A stretch of DNA of 64,000 nt from the IMG/VR virus record IMGVR_UViG_3300027686_001029. The stretch is one strand, 5' to 3'. This document shows, piece after piece, positions 1-8,040 of this stretch. Under the pieces are notes generated by a model, which worked only from the letters and a program-made list of their open reading frames with translations, was not told the DNA's origin and did not search any database. How positions within the stretch are numbered: position 1 is the first letter of the stretch; each line of letters opens with the position of its first letter. The position numbers and the translations under genes are program-made. Source of the stretch: a virus.

Positions 1-2
1 GG

Positions 3-74
3 AATTGTGAATGTGGAGCTTTAAATGCCGCTTATAGGACAATATGTGGCGGATGTAATAAAGTTAAAGAATGA
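3..74 (+). CDS. 3' end of a gene ending in a RanBP2-type zinc ribbon (partial, runs off window start)
   Basis: Manual translation NCECGALNAAYRTICGGCNKVKE*: C-x-C-x3-N-x6-C-x2-C; TGA overlaps the next ATG. Confidence 0.6.
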   Translation, partial: NCECGALNAAYRTICGGCNKVKE

Positions 75-157
75 TGATGAACGATTATGCAGTAGGACTT
101 CTGATGATAGCAATGCTTATAATAGGGTTATTTGAAGTATTCTATAAAGAAGATTAG
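71..157 (+). CDS. Small single-pass membrane peptide (28 aa)
   Basis: Manual translation MMMNDYAVGLLMIAMLIIGLFEVFYKED*; ATGA coupling to upstream ORF. Confidence 0.4.
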   Translation: MMMNDYAVGLLMIAMLIIGLFEVFYKED

Positions 158-347
158 AAACTTAATTAGATGCTCTCAATGCTATGAAGAGTTTCCAAGC
201 GGGTATGAATATAGACTGCATTGGGAAACTAAGCATTTCTACCCTTATCTCAAAACTAATAGCTTTGATTCGAATAGAGCTTTAGAAGATGCAAGATATA
301 ATAGGAACATAGACAGGCTCATTAAAGAGATATCTAGCAATATATAA
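132..347 (+). CDS. C2H2-type zinc finger protein
   Basis: CSQC-x3-F-x5-Y-x2-H-x4-H matches classical C2H2 spacing; TTG start uncertain. Confidence 0.6.
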   Translation: MKYSIKKIRNLIRCSQCYEEFPSGYEYRLHWETKHFYPYLKTNSFDSNRALEDARYNRNIDRLIKEISSNI

Positions 348-503
348 ATATATATTACCCTATACACCGAAAAATCATCAGAAATATACGACCTAGTATG
401 GCGCAGCCTCGCAGGCTACCTACCTCTTAGGGAACTATACCGTCAGTGTTATATCACCGTTAGATCACCATGACCACAGGTTGACCGTATTGGGCGGTAG
501 GAT

Positions 504-689
504 TTAGAGAGTTTGGACCTTCTCATAACCATCCATGCCTACTCTTGATCCATCAGATGTCTCTACTACTATCTCTCCAGCATCCATCGAACGTACCAAC
601 ACCTCATTCACTCCTTTGTATCCTTGTACCATTGAGCAGTCTACTAAGACTCTCTCACCCACAATACATTCCTTTAGTCTTTTAACCAT
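504..689 (-). CDS. Small beta-rich hypothetical protein (possibly SH3/FeoA-like)
   Basis: ORF directly downstream of the promoter at 716-746; beta-strand pattern. Confidence 0.55.
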   Translation of the reverse strand: MVKRLKECIVGERVLVDCSMVQGYKGVNEVLVRSMDAGEIVVETSDGSRVGMDGYEKVQTL

Positions 690-715
690 AATGCTTTATC
701 TCTTTATATATAATA

Positions 716-746
716 AAGATACGAATAATATAGCAGGGTACCAACT
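716..746 (-). promoter_or_regulatory. Phage consensus promoter (TTGGTA-N17-TATCTT)
   Basis: Matches the recurrent AGTTG-N20-TAT(A/C)TT motif. Confidence 0.65.
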
Positions 747-981
747 ATTGTTTAAGTTTATTTACTTTGATCAATTGAGTAATAACCATAGAGAACTTAT
801 CCTTCAGTACCTTTATATCATCTACTGTAGCGTATGTACTACCAGAGTCTTTAGATGAATCTTTAGATAGATCTTTAGATACTAGTTTACTTACAATGGC
901 ATTCCATGAGAGGTCTGGATACATACCCTTCACCTTTAGGGCTAGTTCTTTATCTATCTGTATCATCTTCTTCTCTACCAT
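745..981 (-). CDS. Putative ribbon-helix-helix-like DNA-binding protein with internal SKD repeats
   Basis: N-terminal KKMIQIDKELALKVK...LSWNAIVSKLV (strand-helix-helix pattern); preceded by -10 element at 997-1002. Confidence 0.55.
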   Translation of the reverse strand: MVEKKMIQIDKELALKVKGMYPDLSWNAIVSKLVSKDLSKDSSKDSGSTYATVDDIKVLKDKFSMVITQLIKVNKLKQ

Positions 982-1266
982 ACCTCTTTATACCTTAATA
1001 TACGATTTAATATGCATATAACCTACCCAATCTTTAGATTTCTTTAGATGAATCTTTAGATAGCCTATGGAAGAATTTAGCATATAGACAAGGCATTAGG
1101 GTGTTTATTTTTATAATCTATAGGATGGATCGACCATCGACACACATGCCCCTGTACTTCTTCTATTACTTCCCATACGCCTTCTTACTTTATTCTATAC
1201 ATTAGTCCATCCTTATTCTACCTACATTCTCTTTAGATCTTTAGATCATCTTTAGTTGTCTTTAGA
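848..1266. repeat. Three clusters of TCTTTAGA octamers (9 exact copies plus 1 variant)
   Basis: Copies at 848, 860, 872, 1031, 1041, 1053, 1230, 1238, 1249 (variant TCTTTAGT), 1259; an identical 23-mer at 848-870 and 1041-1063. Confidence 0.9.
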
Positions 1267-1572
1267 TTATATATGTTTATATATGGTTTTACTAAGCAAG
1301 GGATAGCCTTTTCTCTCCTATATTTTAAATATACTTCTAGTATTATTAATAGACTTGGTAAGATGCTACCCATACTACCCCTATAGCAGTAGGTTCTCCC
1401 TACCTCTTACAATGTCTTATGAAGGTTCTATTTAGTTTAATATCAAGTACTAGCCTAAGTCATCTATACTCTCAGACACAGGGTACGATAGTACCCGTTA
1501 GGTGATGCTTCAGCATGACCATGGTAGATTATGTCCTTTATTGGTCCTCTATTTTAGGTGGGTAGTTCGGAC

Positions 1573-1618
1573 AATACGCGCGTGGCACTTCGTGAGAGAG
1601 AAAACGCCCCTCACCCTC
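1573..1618 (-). repeat. GC-rich CGCGCGTGG...ACGCCC element, copy 1
   Basis: + strand aatacgcgcgtggcacttcgtgagagagaaaacgcccctcaccctc; shares both blocks with 2964-3002 and 49781-49814. Confidence 0.75.
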
Positions 1619-1646
1619 ATCATCCATCCAATCCCACTCCCTACCG

Positions 1647-1859
1647 CTATTGATCATAATGCTCTCCTGTATTACCATTCTGTCCTATGATCCTCATTCT
1701 CTCTTCTAAAGCTTCTTCATCTTCAATCATACGATTGGACTCCTTAGCATGTGATGTACAAGGTCCTGTCTCTCTATTGTAATGCTTATCTAAGAGTTTA
1801 TTCTTTACCTCTTCCGATATCTCATTACTATTATATAATTGTTCTATTAGTTCTATCAT
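1647..1859 (-). CDS. Hypothetical protein
   Basis: ORF track; ATGA coupling with upstream small ORF. Confidence 0.65.
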   Translation of the reverse strand: MIELIEQLYNSNEISEEVKNKLLDKHYNRETGPCTSHAKESNRMIEDEEALEERMRIIGQNGNTGEHYDQ

Positions 1860-2014
1860 TTTCTTTTACCTGCTTTAGTTCTTACTCTATAATCATCTAC
1901 TGTCTGGATACCTTTTAGCTTCCTTGTCAATCTTTCTCTTTCTTCCTTCATCTCTCTAGCTACTTGTAGATATGTTTGACTAGTATGCTCACATCCTATA
2001 TATCCTTTCTTCAT
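1856..2014 (-). CDS. Small basic hypothetical protein (52 aa)
   Basis: Manual translation MKKGYIGCEHTSQTYLQVAREMKEERERLTRKLKGIQTVDDYRVRTKAGKRK*; fills the gap and is coupled to its neighbours. Confidence 0.65.
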   Translation of the reverse strand: MKKGYIGCEHTSQTYLQVAREMKEERERLTRKLKGIQTVDDYRVRTKAGKRK

Positions 2015-2017
2015 AAC

Positions 2018-2278
2018 CTATTCTTCTGGTCCATGCATCTTCCCTACTCCTCCATCTGCCCATCCATGAGATGTTGTTACTCTTTCGCCTGGTTGCACTA
2101 CATACTTAACTCCTTGAATCCTACATGTACCGCCTTGCTTGGCTATCTTCTTAAATAAAGTTATATCTCTTTCTGTCCAATTGTGAGACATCTCTACTAT
2201 CCTTTCTCTACTTACAACTCCTTCTCCATCTATAGAGTAAGAAGATGTACGTGTTACTGATACTTTCTTAATTGCCAT
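2018..2278 (-). CDS. Hypothetical protein
   Basis: ORF track, in operon-like run. Confidence 0.65.
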   Translation of the reverse strand: MAIKKVSVTRTSSYSIDGEGVVSRERIVEMSHNWTERDITLFKKIAKQGGTCRIQGVKYVVQPGERVTTSHGWADGGVGKMHGPEE

Positions 2279-2298
2279 AATTACTATCTATTATTAAA

Positions 2299-2925
2299 TT
2301 ATTCATAAGCTTTAGGAGAAGGTAAGCCGCCATACTGACACCATTCATCCTCATTATATATGTTTCTAGGTTCAACTCTATTCAATTCACACCAAAATAA
2401 ATAATCATCATCATTAACATAATAACCCCAATGTAAGAGGCTTTGGCATATACGAGGACTAATATTCCAATCACCGCTGAGGTGTATCTTTTTATAGATA
2501 GCATTCCTCCATCGGCCTCTTCCTGGTCCACAAAAGTCCTGCCATCTTCTTATCTGTCTCTCATCATCTTCATGTCTTCTTCCGTTGGAGTACTTACAAT
2601 ACCATTCAAACCAACCGTATGGGTCATCATGATGCATCCAATCCATCTCTAACCAATAGTCATATGGCATACCGGAGCGTATCTTAAACTTATTCTTCTT
2701 AGGACTATACTTCTTACCTAAGTACAATAAAGGGCTAATACCATCTAAGCATTCTGCAAACAAGCTCTGGTAGTCATAATCTCCTTGTAGGTCTTCTACT
2801 CCGAAATATGATCCTCCAAAGATTCCTGCTTCTAACATCTCTTTAGGACTAAGTATTGGATTAAATATTAAATCACTCATTATGATATCATTATCAAGAT
2901 GATTAGTATGCCGTATAATATCCAC
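2299..2925 (-). CDS. Conserved viral protein of unknown function (PKEML..GIFGGSYF / DPYGWFEWYC / RQI.RW family)
   Basis: Motifs recognised from a family recurrent in phages and large viruses; true start may be Met16. Confidence 0.75.
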   Translation of the reverse strand: MDIIRHTNHLDNDIIMSDLIFNPILSPKEMLEAGIFGGSYFGVEDLQGDYDYQSLFAECLDGISPLLYLGKKYSPKKNKFKIRSGMPYDYWLEMDWMHHDDPYGWFEWYCKYSNGRRHEDDERQIRRWQDFCGPGRGRWRNAIYKKIHLSGDWNISPRICQSLLHWGYYVNDDDYLFWCELNRVEPRNIYNEDEWCQYGGLPSPKAYE

Positions 2926-2963
2926 TCTCCTATTGAAGTTTGTTTATTCATATCCTTTTAATT

Positions 2964-3002
2964 AAATTCGCGCGTGGGGAGAAGAAAAACGCCCGCCTCC
3001 CT
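2964..3002 (-). repeat. GC-rich CGCGCGTGG...ACGCCC element, copy 2
   Basis: + strand aaattcgcgcgtggggagaagaaaaacgcccgcctccct, directly after the stop of 3004..3522. Confidence 0.75.
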
Positions 3003-3003
3003 A

Positions 3004-3522
3004 TTATTTAAATAAGCTCAATTGAGTACCTAATTGCTTTCTCTCTAGCTTATAGGCATCTAATACCTTTCTAGTAGGTTTGAACTTAAGAGTATTCCAA
3101 TCCATAAGCTCTCCGTCTACAACACTTAGTGCATGTCCGGCTACCCCTACTATAAAAGATCCTTTTGGATGAGACTCAATAAAGCTTTTTAGAGTCTTCT
3201 TTCTATAAACTATCTCACCTTTTACTTTATACCTATTAGTAAGGTCTGATTTGCCAAGTACAGTAACATCGTACTTTCTACCGAAGATGTCTAAAGACTC
3301 TTCCTGTGCTTTAAGCATAGTAACCATTATCATTGCATTACTAGTACCGGTATTATCTTTTCTATCAAAGAACTTCTTACAAAATCTATGAGACATATTA
3401 TAACTTATATCAGCAGTAGCTGCTAGAGCTCTTACCATACAGTCTCCTTTTTCCTTTAAAGCGATTCCGGTACTACTACCTTTTATTTGTGAGAACGATT
3501 GTTTAATGTTTAAATAACTCAT
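3004..3522 (-). CDS. Hypothetical protein, possible papain-like Cys-His fold
   Basis: DCMVRALA...SY and VAGHALSVVDG..MD motifs. Confidence 0.6.
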   Translation of the reverse strand: MSYLNIKQSFSQIKGSSTGIALKEKGDCMVRALAATADISYNMSHRFCKKFFDRKDNTGTSNAMIMVTMLKAQEESLDIFGRKYDVTVLGKSDLTNRYKVKGEIVYRKKTLKSFIESHPKGSFIVGVAGHALSVVDGELMDWNTLKFKPTRKVLDAYKLERKQLGTQLSLFK

Positions 3523-3551
3523 AACCTTTTTTTGTTTTAATATTATACCTT

Positions 3552-3582
3552 AATATATGAATAATATCTCGGGTACGCAACT
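3552..3582 (-). promoter_or_regulatory. Phage consensus promoter (TTGCGT-N17-TATATT)
   Basis: Exact 17-bp spacer; CCCGAG in spacer. Confidence 0.75.
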
Positions 3583-3822
3583 TTAAAACGGTAATTGTTC
3601 TTCTTTTTTATTACTCACAGGCTTACTAATATCATTTAGTCTTCTAAAGCCTATTGTACCGAATTGTTGTTCCATTAGCTCTGTAACTGCTGGTCTAGCA
3701 TTGACATACTTTTCATCAACAACTTCTGTCATTTTATGAGCTCTCTTACGAGCCATATAATCATTCTCTGCATAGACGTACATGTCCATGGTAACTACGT
3801 AACGTTTTTTATTTCTATCCAT
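3583..3822 (-). CDS. Hypothetical protein
   Basis: ORF track. Confidence 0.7.
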   Translation of the reverse strand: MDRNKKRYVVTMDMYVYAENDYMARKRAHKMTEVVDEKYVNARPAVTELMEQQFGTIGFRRLNDISKPVSNKKEEQLPF

Positions 3823-4036
3823 CCCAGTGTATTATATTTTGATCTAAATTCCATTTAACCATTTCAGCAAAGTCTGCTTCAGTATCACCTAGGTCATTCC
3901 AATCAAATATAATAGAATCAGCAATACCGTCTATTCTATCTTCTGAGAGTCTAGGTATATCCTCATTGTTTAATTGCTTAAGAGCAATTGTATCTAGTAC
4001 TTCTTGTACTACGTATTCTTTATTTAATGTTTTCAT
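3815..4036 (-). CDS. Hypothetical acidic protein
   Basis: ORF track; overlaps neighbour by 8 bp. Confidence 0.7.
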   Translation of the reverse strand: MKTLNKEYVVQEVLDTIALKQLNNEDIPRLSEDRIDGIADSIIFDWNDLGDTEADFAEMVKWNLDQNIIHWDG

Positions 4037-4039
4037 AGT

Positions 4040-4270
4040 TTATCCTTTATATAAGTTACTTCCCCATCCTACTCTTTGATCCATCTTACGAATAGTAGTA
4101 GCTGACTCTGCATCTTTAATAATCTCAGTCTCAGCATACTCAGTCTTTCCGGAAATAATATTCCTAACGTACCAAGCATTAGTAGTAGAGCACTTCACAC
4201 AGGTCTTAGTACCTGGTAAAGCTTTGATCCTTAGAGGATTTATATCCTCAGTACATTTTATACACTTCAT
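4040..4270 (-). CDS. TraR/DksA-like C4 zinc finger protein
   Basis: CIKC-x3-I-x3-R-x2-ALPGTKTCVKC. Confidence 0.75.
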   Translation of the reverse strand: MKCIKCTEDINPLRIKALPGTKTCVKCSTTNAWYVRNIISGKTEYAETEIIKDAESATTIRKMDQRVGWGSNLYKG

Positions 4271-4452
4271 TAGTATCGTTTAGTAATTTCTTGCTCACCA
4301 TCATATAGAATAGTAATACCTTCTGATTCAATAACGTATTTATTCATGCCATTATACCTAATAAATGTAGCATCACATTGAACAGTATCACCGTTGGTAT
4401 CTAAACCTTCCATTTGAAACTTATCACCATCTTTTAAATCTTGAATTTTCAT
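4270..4452 (-). CDS. Hypothetical protein
   Basis: ORF track; AAAGGTT-ATG start context. Confidence 0.7.
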   Translation of the reverse strand: MKIQDLKDGDKFQMEGLDTNGDTVQCDATFIRYNGMNKYVIESEGITILYDGEQEITKRY

Positions 4453-4471
4453 AACCTTTATTTTTAAATTA

Positions 4472-4687
4472 TTAAATGTAATCGTACTGTGAAGCTTCTA
4501 AATCATAACTAAAATCAGACATTCCACTATCCTGATCTATGTTCCAATTCATTTCAATCTCATCATCAACAACAACCGTATAGGTGTTGGTAACTAAGTC
4601 AATCATATCACCACATTCTCTGTCTGTGATAATACCATTAGCATATCCACTAAATAACTCTTCTACTACTTTACTTACATTTATCAT
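4472..4687 (-). CDS. Hypothetical acidic protein
   Basis: ORF directly downstream of the promoter at 4719-4749. Confidence 0.7.
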   Translation of the reverse strand: MINVSKVVEELFSGYANGIITDRECGDMIDLVTNTYTVVVDDEIEMNWNIDQDSGMSDFSYDLEASQYDYI

Positions 4688-4718
4688 AACCTTTATTTTA
4701 TCTTATTAATTATACCTT

Positions 4719-4749
4719 AATATACGATCTTTATCTCGGTTACGCAACT
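4719..4749 (-). promoter_or_regulatory. Phage consensus promoter (TTGCGT-N17-TATATT)
   Basis: Near-identical to 3552-3582; -35 abuts the TAG of the upstream gene. Confidence 0.75.
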
Positions 4750-5107
4750 ATTTTTGATATAATCTGTCTTTTATTTTCATCCATAATTGATGATTATATT
4801 CTCTTACTTCAGTATAGCCTCCAGTTTTAAACCCCATATCAACTTCATTACCAAAATAGTTCAATAACCAATCTTCAGCTTTTTTAGCGCCTCCTTTAGA
4901 CTCGTAAACTTTACTCCAAATAACTTTAGTATCAAAATGTTGTTGAAAGCTTTGTTCTTCTAATAAATTATTAAAGTACATTCTTGCATCTCCATCTTGA
5001 AATTCAGTAATACCTGGTTTAAAATACTTTCTATGCTTGGTACCTTTGCGCATAAAGAGTTGTAAGTATGCTTTCCATTGACCGTTTGGAAGTTTTTTAT
5101 AGTACAT
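4748..5107 (-). CDS. GIY-YIG superfamily (T5orf172-like) protein
   Basis: YFKPGIT...R, AKKAE and GYTE motifs. Confidence 0.55.
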   Translation of the reverse strand: MYYKKLPNGQWKAYLQLFMRKGTKHRKYFKPGITEFQDGDARMYFNNLLEEQSFQQHFDTKVIWSKVYESKGGAKKAEDWLLNYFGNEVDMGFKTGGYTEVREYNHQLWMKIKDRLYQK

Positions 5108-5109
5108 AA

Positions 5110-5412
5110 TTATTCAAATAACATTATCATTTTAGATTTAGATATAGTACCTTCTTTAAGTTTCTCACCTACAACAGTTATAAACTCTTTGGTCCATTTA
5201 TCTTTCTGAAGTCCTTGTTCTCCTTCTGTTAAAATACTGAGGATCTCTTTTACTCTAAATGCAATTGCATCATAAGTTCTATCAACTTCCTTTGCGAAAG
5301 TTTCAATAAGAATACTGTACTCTTTTCTAGTAACATTAGATAAGTAGAAATCTAAGAATGATCTTGCTTCTTCGATCGACCAAGATTCGTAATGGCGTTT
5401 TGCTTTTTTCAT
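5110..5412 (-). CDS. Putative Myb/HTH-like DNA-binding protein
   Basis: WSIEEA...FAKEVDRTYDAIAFRV pattern; -10 element at 5445-5450. Confidence 0.5.
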   Translation of the reverse strand: MKKAKRHYESWSIEEARSFLDFYLSNVTRKEYSILIETFAKEVDRTYDAIAFRVKEILSILTEGEQGLQKDKWTKEFITVVGEKLKEGTISKSKMIMLFE

Positions 5413-5498
5413 AACCTTTATTTTTATCTTATTAATTATACCTTAATATAAGAAGAAATACCCGAGGAGTTAACTTCTCCCCGAGTTATTTTTAATTA

Positions 5499-5663
5499 TT
5501 ATTTATGGTCGGTTAGAGATAGAAGAGTTTTTTTGGTTAAATTTTTATTGTATACTAAATTGTAAATATCGTCGGCGAATTCGGGTGTAATCGAATTAGA
5601 TTCTAATAGAGATTGAAGAGTTTTTTTGATGTTTTCGTCGGTGTGATAGATAGTTTGAATCAT
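5499..5663 (-). CDS. Small hypothetical protein (54 aa) with a G-poor coding strand
   Basis: Manual translation MIQTIYHTDENIKKTLQSLLESNSITPEFADDIYNLVYNKNLTKKTLLSLTDHK*; -10-like element at 5722-5727. Confidence 0.55.
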   Translation of the reverse strand: MIQTIYHTDENIKKTLQSLLESNSITPEFADDIYNLVYNKNLTKKTLLSLTDHK

Positions 5664-5776
5664 AGTAGAAATAAATTAAGTTAATTAGTAAGAGAGTATA
5701 TCTCTCTTTCTTTAATACTTAAAGATATGAATTTTATCTCGTATAACCGGAAGAATATTAAGTTATCTTTGTAACT

Positions 5777-6439
5777 TTAAATAAACTTTTCACTGTAGTA
5801 ACCTTTGTCGTGGTTACCAATTGGATGTGTTGAGTATACACAGGCATAAAGAGGTCGGGGCTCTGTAATATTATTTACTTCTGATTTATGAAGGGTGTTT
5901 CCATCTATTACTATTATATCACCAGCTTTAGTGTCTATGAATTCATACTCTTGAGTAACTTTGTTAAAACAAGATATACCTCCTGCTTCTTTTGGAGAGT
6001 CAACTAATATCATACAGCAGTTAATTGTACTAAACTCCCCTCTTAAAGATCCTTCTGGATCAGGTCCAAATTTATTATCAGTATGGGGAGGAAAGAAGAA
6101 CTCTTCTTCTGGAAGTTTAACTACTGCCTGATCATTAAAAAGATAAGGTATATCAGTGTCGAGGAATCTCTGTGCTATGTCTAACATAAATTCCGACTTG
6201 TAGTACTTCCATAGGTTAGGATCTAATGTGCTAGCTAACTCTAACCCTTTCCAGAACATTCCTGTTCCGTTATGTCTTGGTTCTCCTTCTCTCTCAGCAT
6301 ACTTTATTTTTAAGTTTACTAATCTTTCTCTTAGATCTAAAACAACATAATCTGGTATTACATTTTTAAGATGGTAAAAACCTTTCTCTTTATGTTCTAG
6401 ATATTGATTCATATTTACTTCACTTTGAAAAATAACCAT
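5777..6439 (-). CDS. PhyH-like 2OG-Fe(II) dioxygenase
   Basis: HTD (HxD) motif, AGDIIVIDGNTLH, distal R. Confidence 0.85.
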   Translation of the reverse strand: MVIFQSEVNMNQYLEHKEKGFYHLKNVIPDYVVLDLRERLVNLKIKYAEREGEPRHNGTGMFWKGLELASTLDPNLWKYYKSEFMLDIAQRFLDTDIPYLFNDQAVVKLPEEEFFFPPHTDNKFGPDPEGSLRGEFSTINCCMILVDSPKEAGGISCFNKVTQEYEFIDTKAGDIIVIDGNTLHKSEVNNITEPRPLYACVYSTHPIGNHDKGYYSEKFI

Positions 6440-6789
6440 GCGGTTGCTTCATACTCCTTTAAATCTTTTCTAGGCCTTGTAACTACTAGAGTATGTCTAT
6501 CTTGTGATAAAACAAAGTGAAGTGAATATTGATCATCTGGCTTAGTAACAAAGAAGTTCTTTCCTTTGATTTCGTACTTACCTGTAATAGTATCTGTTAC
6601 ACCATCAGTGTCGGTAAATACTCTATTAAATCTACCGTCTAAAGTCATAGTAAGAACATTATTATGTTCAAAATTAATCCATACCCCATTCATATTGCGG
6701 TTAAGATCGGCTGTAATAAAATCTGGGGTTTGTTGAGCTGTAACATATAGGGTAATTATCAGCAGCAGTGATGTAAAAACGTTTTTCAT
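6415..6789 (-). CDS. Secreted hypothetical protein (signal peptide, beta-rich)
   Basis: MKNVFTSLLLIITLYVTAQ signal peptide. Confidence 0.65.
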   Translation of the reverse strand: MKNVFTSLLLIITLYVTAQQTPDFITADLNRNMNGVWINFEHNNVLTMTLDGRFNRVFTDTDGVTDTITGKYEIKGKNFFVTKPDDQYSLHFVLSQDRHTLVVTRPRKDLKEYEATAWLFFKVK

Positions 6790-6808
6790 TTAGTAATTAT
6801 TAATAGGG

Positions 6809-6994
6809 TTAATTGGTTAGTTCTAGTGTTACTTGTTTTTTAGTGTATTCCATTAAGAGTGCCTGATGCATCATCGTCTGTTGATATACATTAAAGAAGT
6901 TATTAAGGTAGTTATATGCTCCTTCTAGATGTGATTCATTAGTACATGATTCAATTACTTTAACTGCTTTGGCAAATGCTATTTGTTGCTTCAT
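6809..6994 (-). CDS. Hypothetical protein
   Basis: ORF track. Confidence 0.6.
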   Translation of the reverse strand: MKQQIAFAKAVKVIESCTNESHLEGAYNYLNNFFNVYQQTMMHQALLMEYTKKQVTLELTN

Positions 6995-6997
6995 CTA

Positions 6998-8017
6998 TTA
7001 GTTATTTTTCCATATTGCAAAATCACCTGGGAAAATTCCTACTTTAAAATTGGAAATCTCAACGTTATCTTGAGAAAGAATTTTTACATACCCGTCATAT
7101 GTTCCAACGTATACTCTATCGCCAATAGTTTCTACAGAATAAACATTATTAGCATCGTAATTACCAATTAAAGTACTTTCATCTATAGTTAAATCTTCTT
7201 TAATAGAAGCAATTCCTCCTTGGAAACTTCTATAAGTTTTTTGAGCATATGAATGCACTGAGCCTCCACATACAGTCCCTGCACCATAATCTGCTATCCT
7301 AATTGTATTGTCAAGTTTTATATCTATTGAGCTAGTACCATGAAATGCGTTCCAATTTTCATCATAAAAAGTTCTAGCAATATAAATTACATCGTCCTCT
7401 ACTAATAGAGAGGTTGGACCGTCTCCAACTTCGTATGAATCTGTTATATTATTGGCGACTGGGTTAATCTTTACAACTGTTGATGCATCACTATAATCAG
7501 AGTTCATCGTAATTCCAACATATAAATCTCCATTATTTTCTATAATAGATTCAGGTAAACCGTCTACTTCTATAGAGGATTCAATAGTGTAGTTTAATAG
7601 GTTTAAAACTTTGATATCGCTTGTGTTCCAATTAGTAAAGTACAGTTTATCTTGAAATACAATCATTTCTCTTGGAGATGATCCATTTGTAGATATTTCA
7701 GAATCTATTTCTAACATTCCATCTTTAAAAATATTAAATACTTTTATCATGTGAGAGTTATTTACTATAACAAATAACTTATCATTATAAACTAGCAATG
7801 ATTGGACTACATCTCCTACATTCTCTATGGTGTTAATTACACCTTCTTCATCTATTACTGATATAGATCCGTTTTTTTCGCCATAGTTTCCTTCGTTTGC
7901 AACAAATAAAAGTTTAACAGTCGGCTCGGAAATTACTGGATCCAAAACTTCTTCTCCTTTGTTACAGGATATTAAAGTTAAAAAAAGAGTTATAAGTATT
8001 AAAACTTGTTTTTTCAT
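6998..8017 (-). CDS. YncE/DUF5074 beta-propeller lipoprotein (BtuG-like cobalamin-binding candidate)
   Basis: Lipobox LISC; LFVANEGNYG...GSISVI, GDVVQSL, KLFVIVNNS, KLYFTNW and VGDGP propeller blades. Confidence 0.75.
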   Translation of the reverse strand: MKKQVLILITLFLTLISCNKGEEVLDPVISEPTVKLLFVANEGNYGEKNGSISVIDEEGVINTIENVGDVVQSLLVYNDKLFVIVNNSHMIKVFNIFKDGMLEIDSEISTNGSSPREMIVFQDKLYFTNWNTSDIKVLNLLNYTIESSIEVDGLPESIIENNGDLYVGITMNSDYSDASTVVKINPVANNITDSYEVGDGPTSLLVEDDVIYIARTFYDENWNAFHGTSSIDIKLDNTIRIADYGAGTVCGGSVHSYAQKTYRSFQGGIASIKEDLTIDESTLIGNYDANNVYSVETIGDRVYVGTYDGYVKILSQDNVEISNFKVGIFPGDFAIWKNN

Positions 8018-8040
8018 ATTGATTATTTATAGGCTATTAT

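Noticed and set aside
848-1266. TCTTTAGA repeats as a CRISPR array
   Set aside because: Units are 8 bp with 0-4 bp gaps and no 25-45 bp unique spacers
440-1650. Short inverted/direct matches between 454-501 and 1501-1647 (GCGGTAGG/CCTACCGC, CGTATTG/CAATACG, CATGACCA twice)
   Set aside because: Only 7-8 bp and not collinear; cannot be distinguished from chance without statistics
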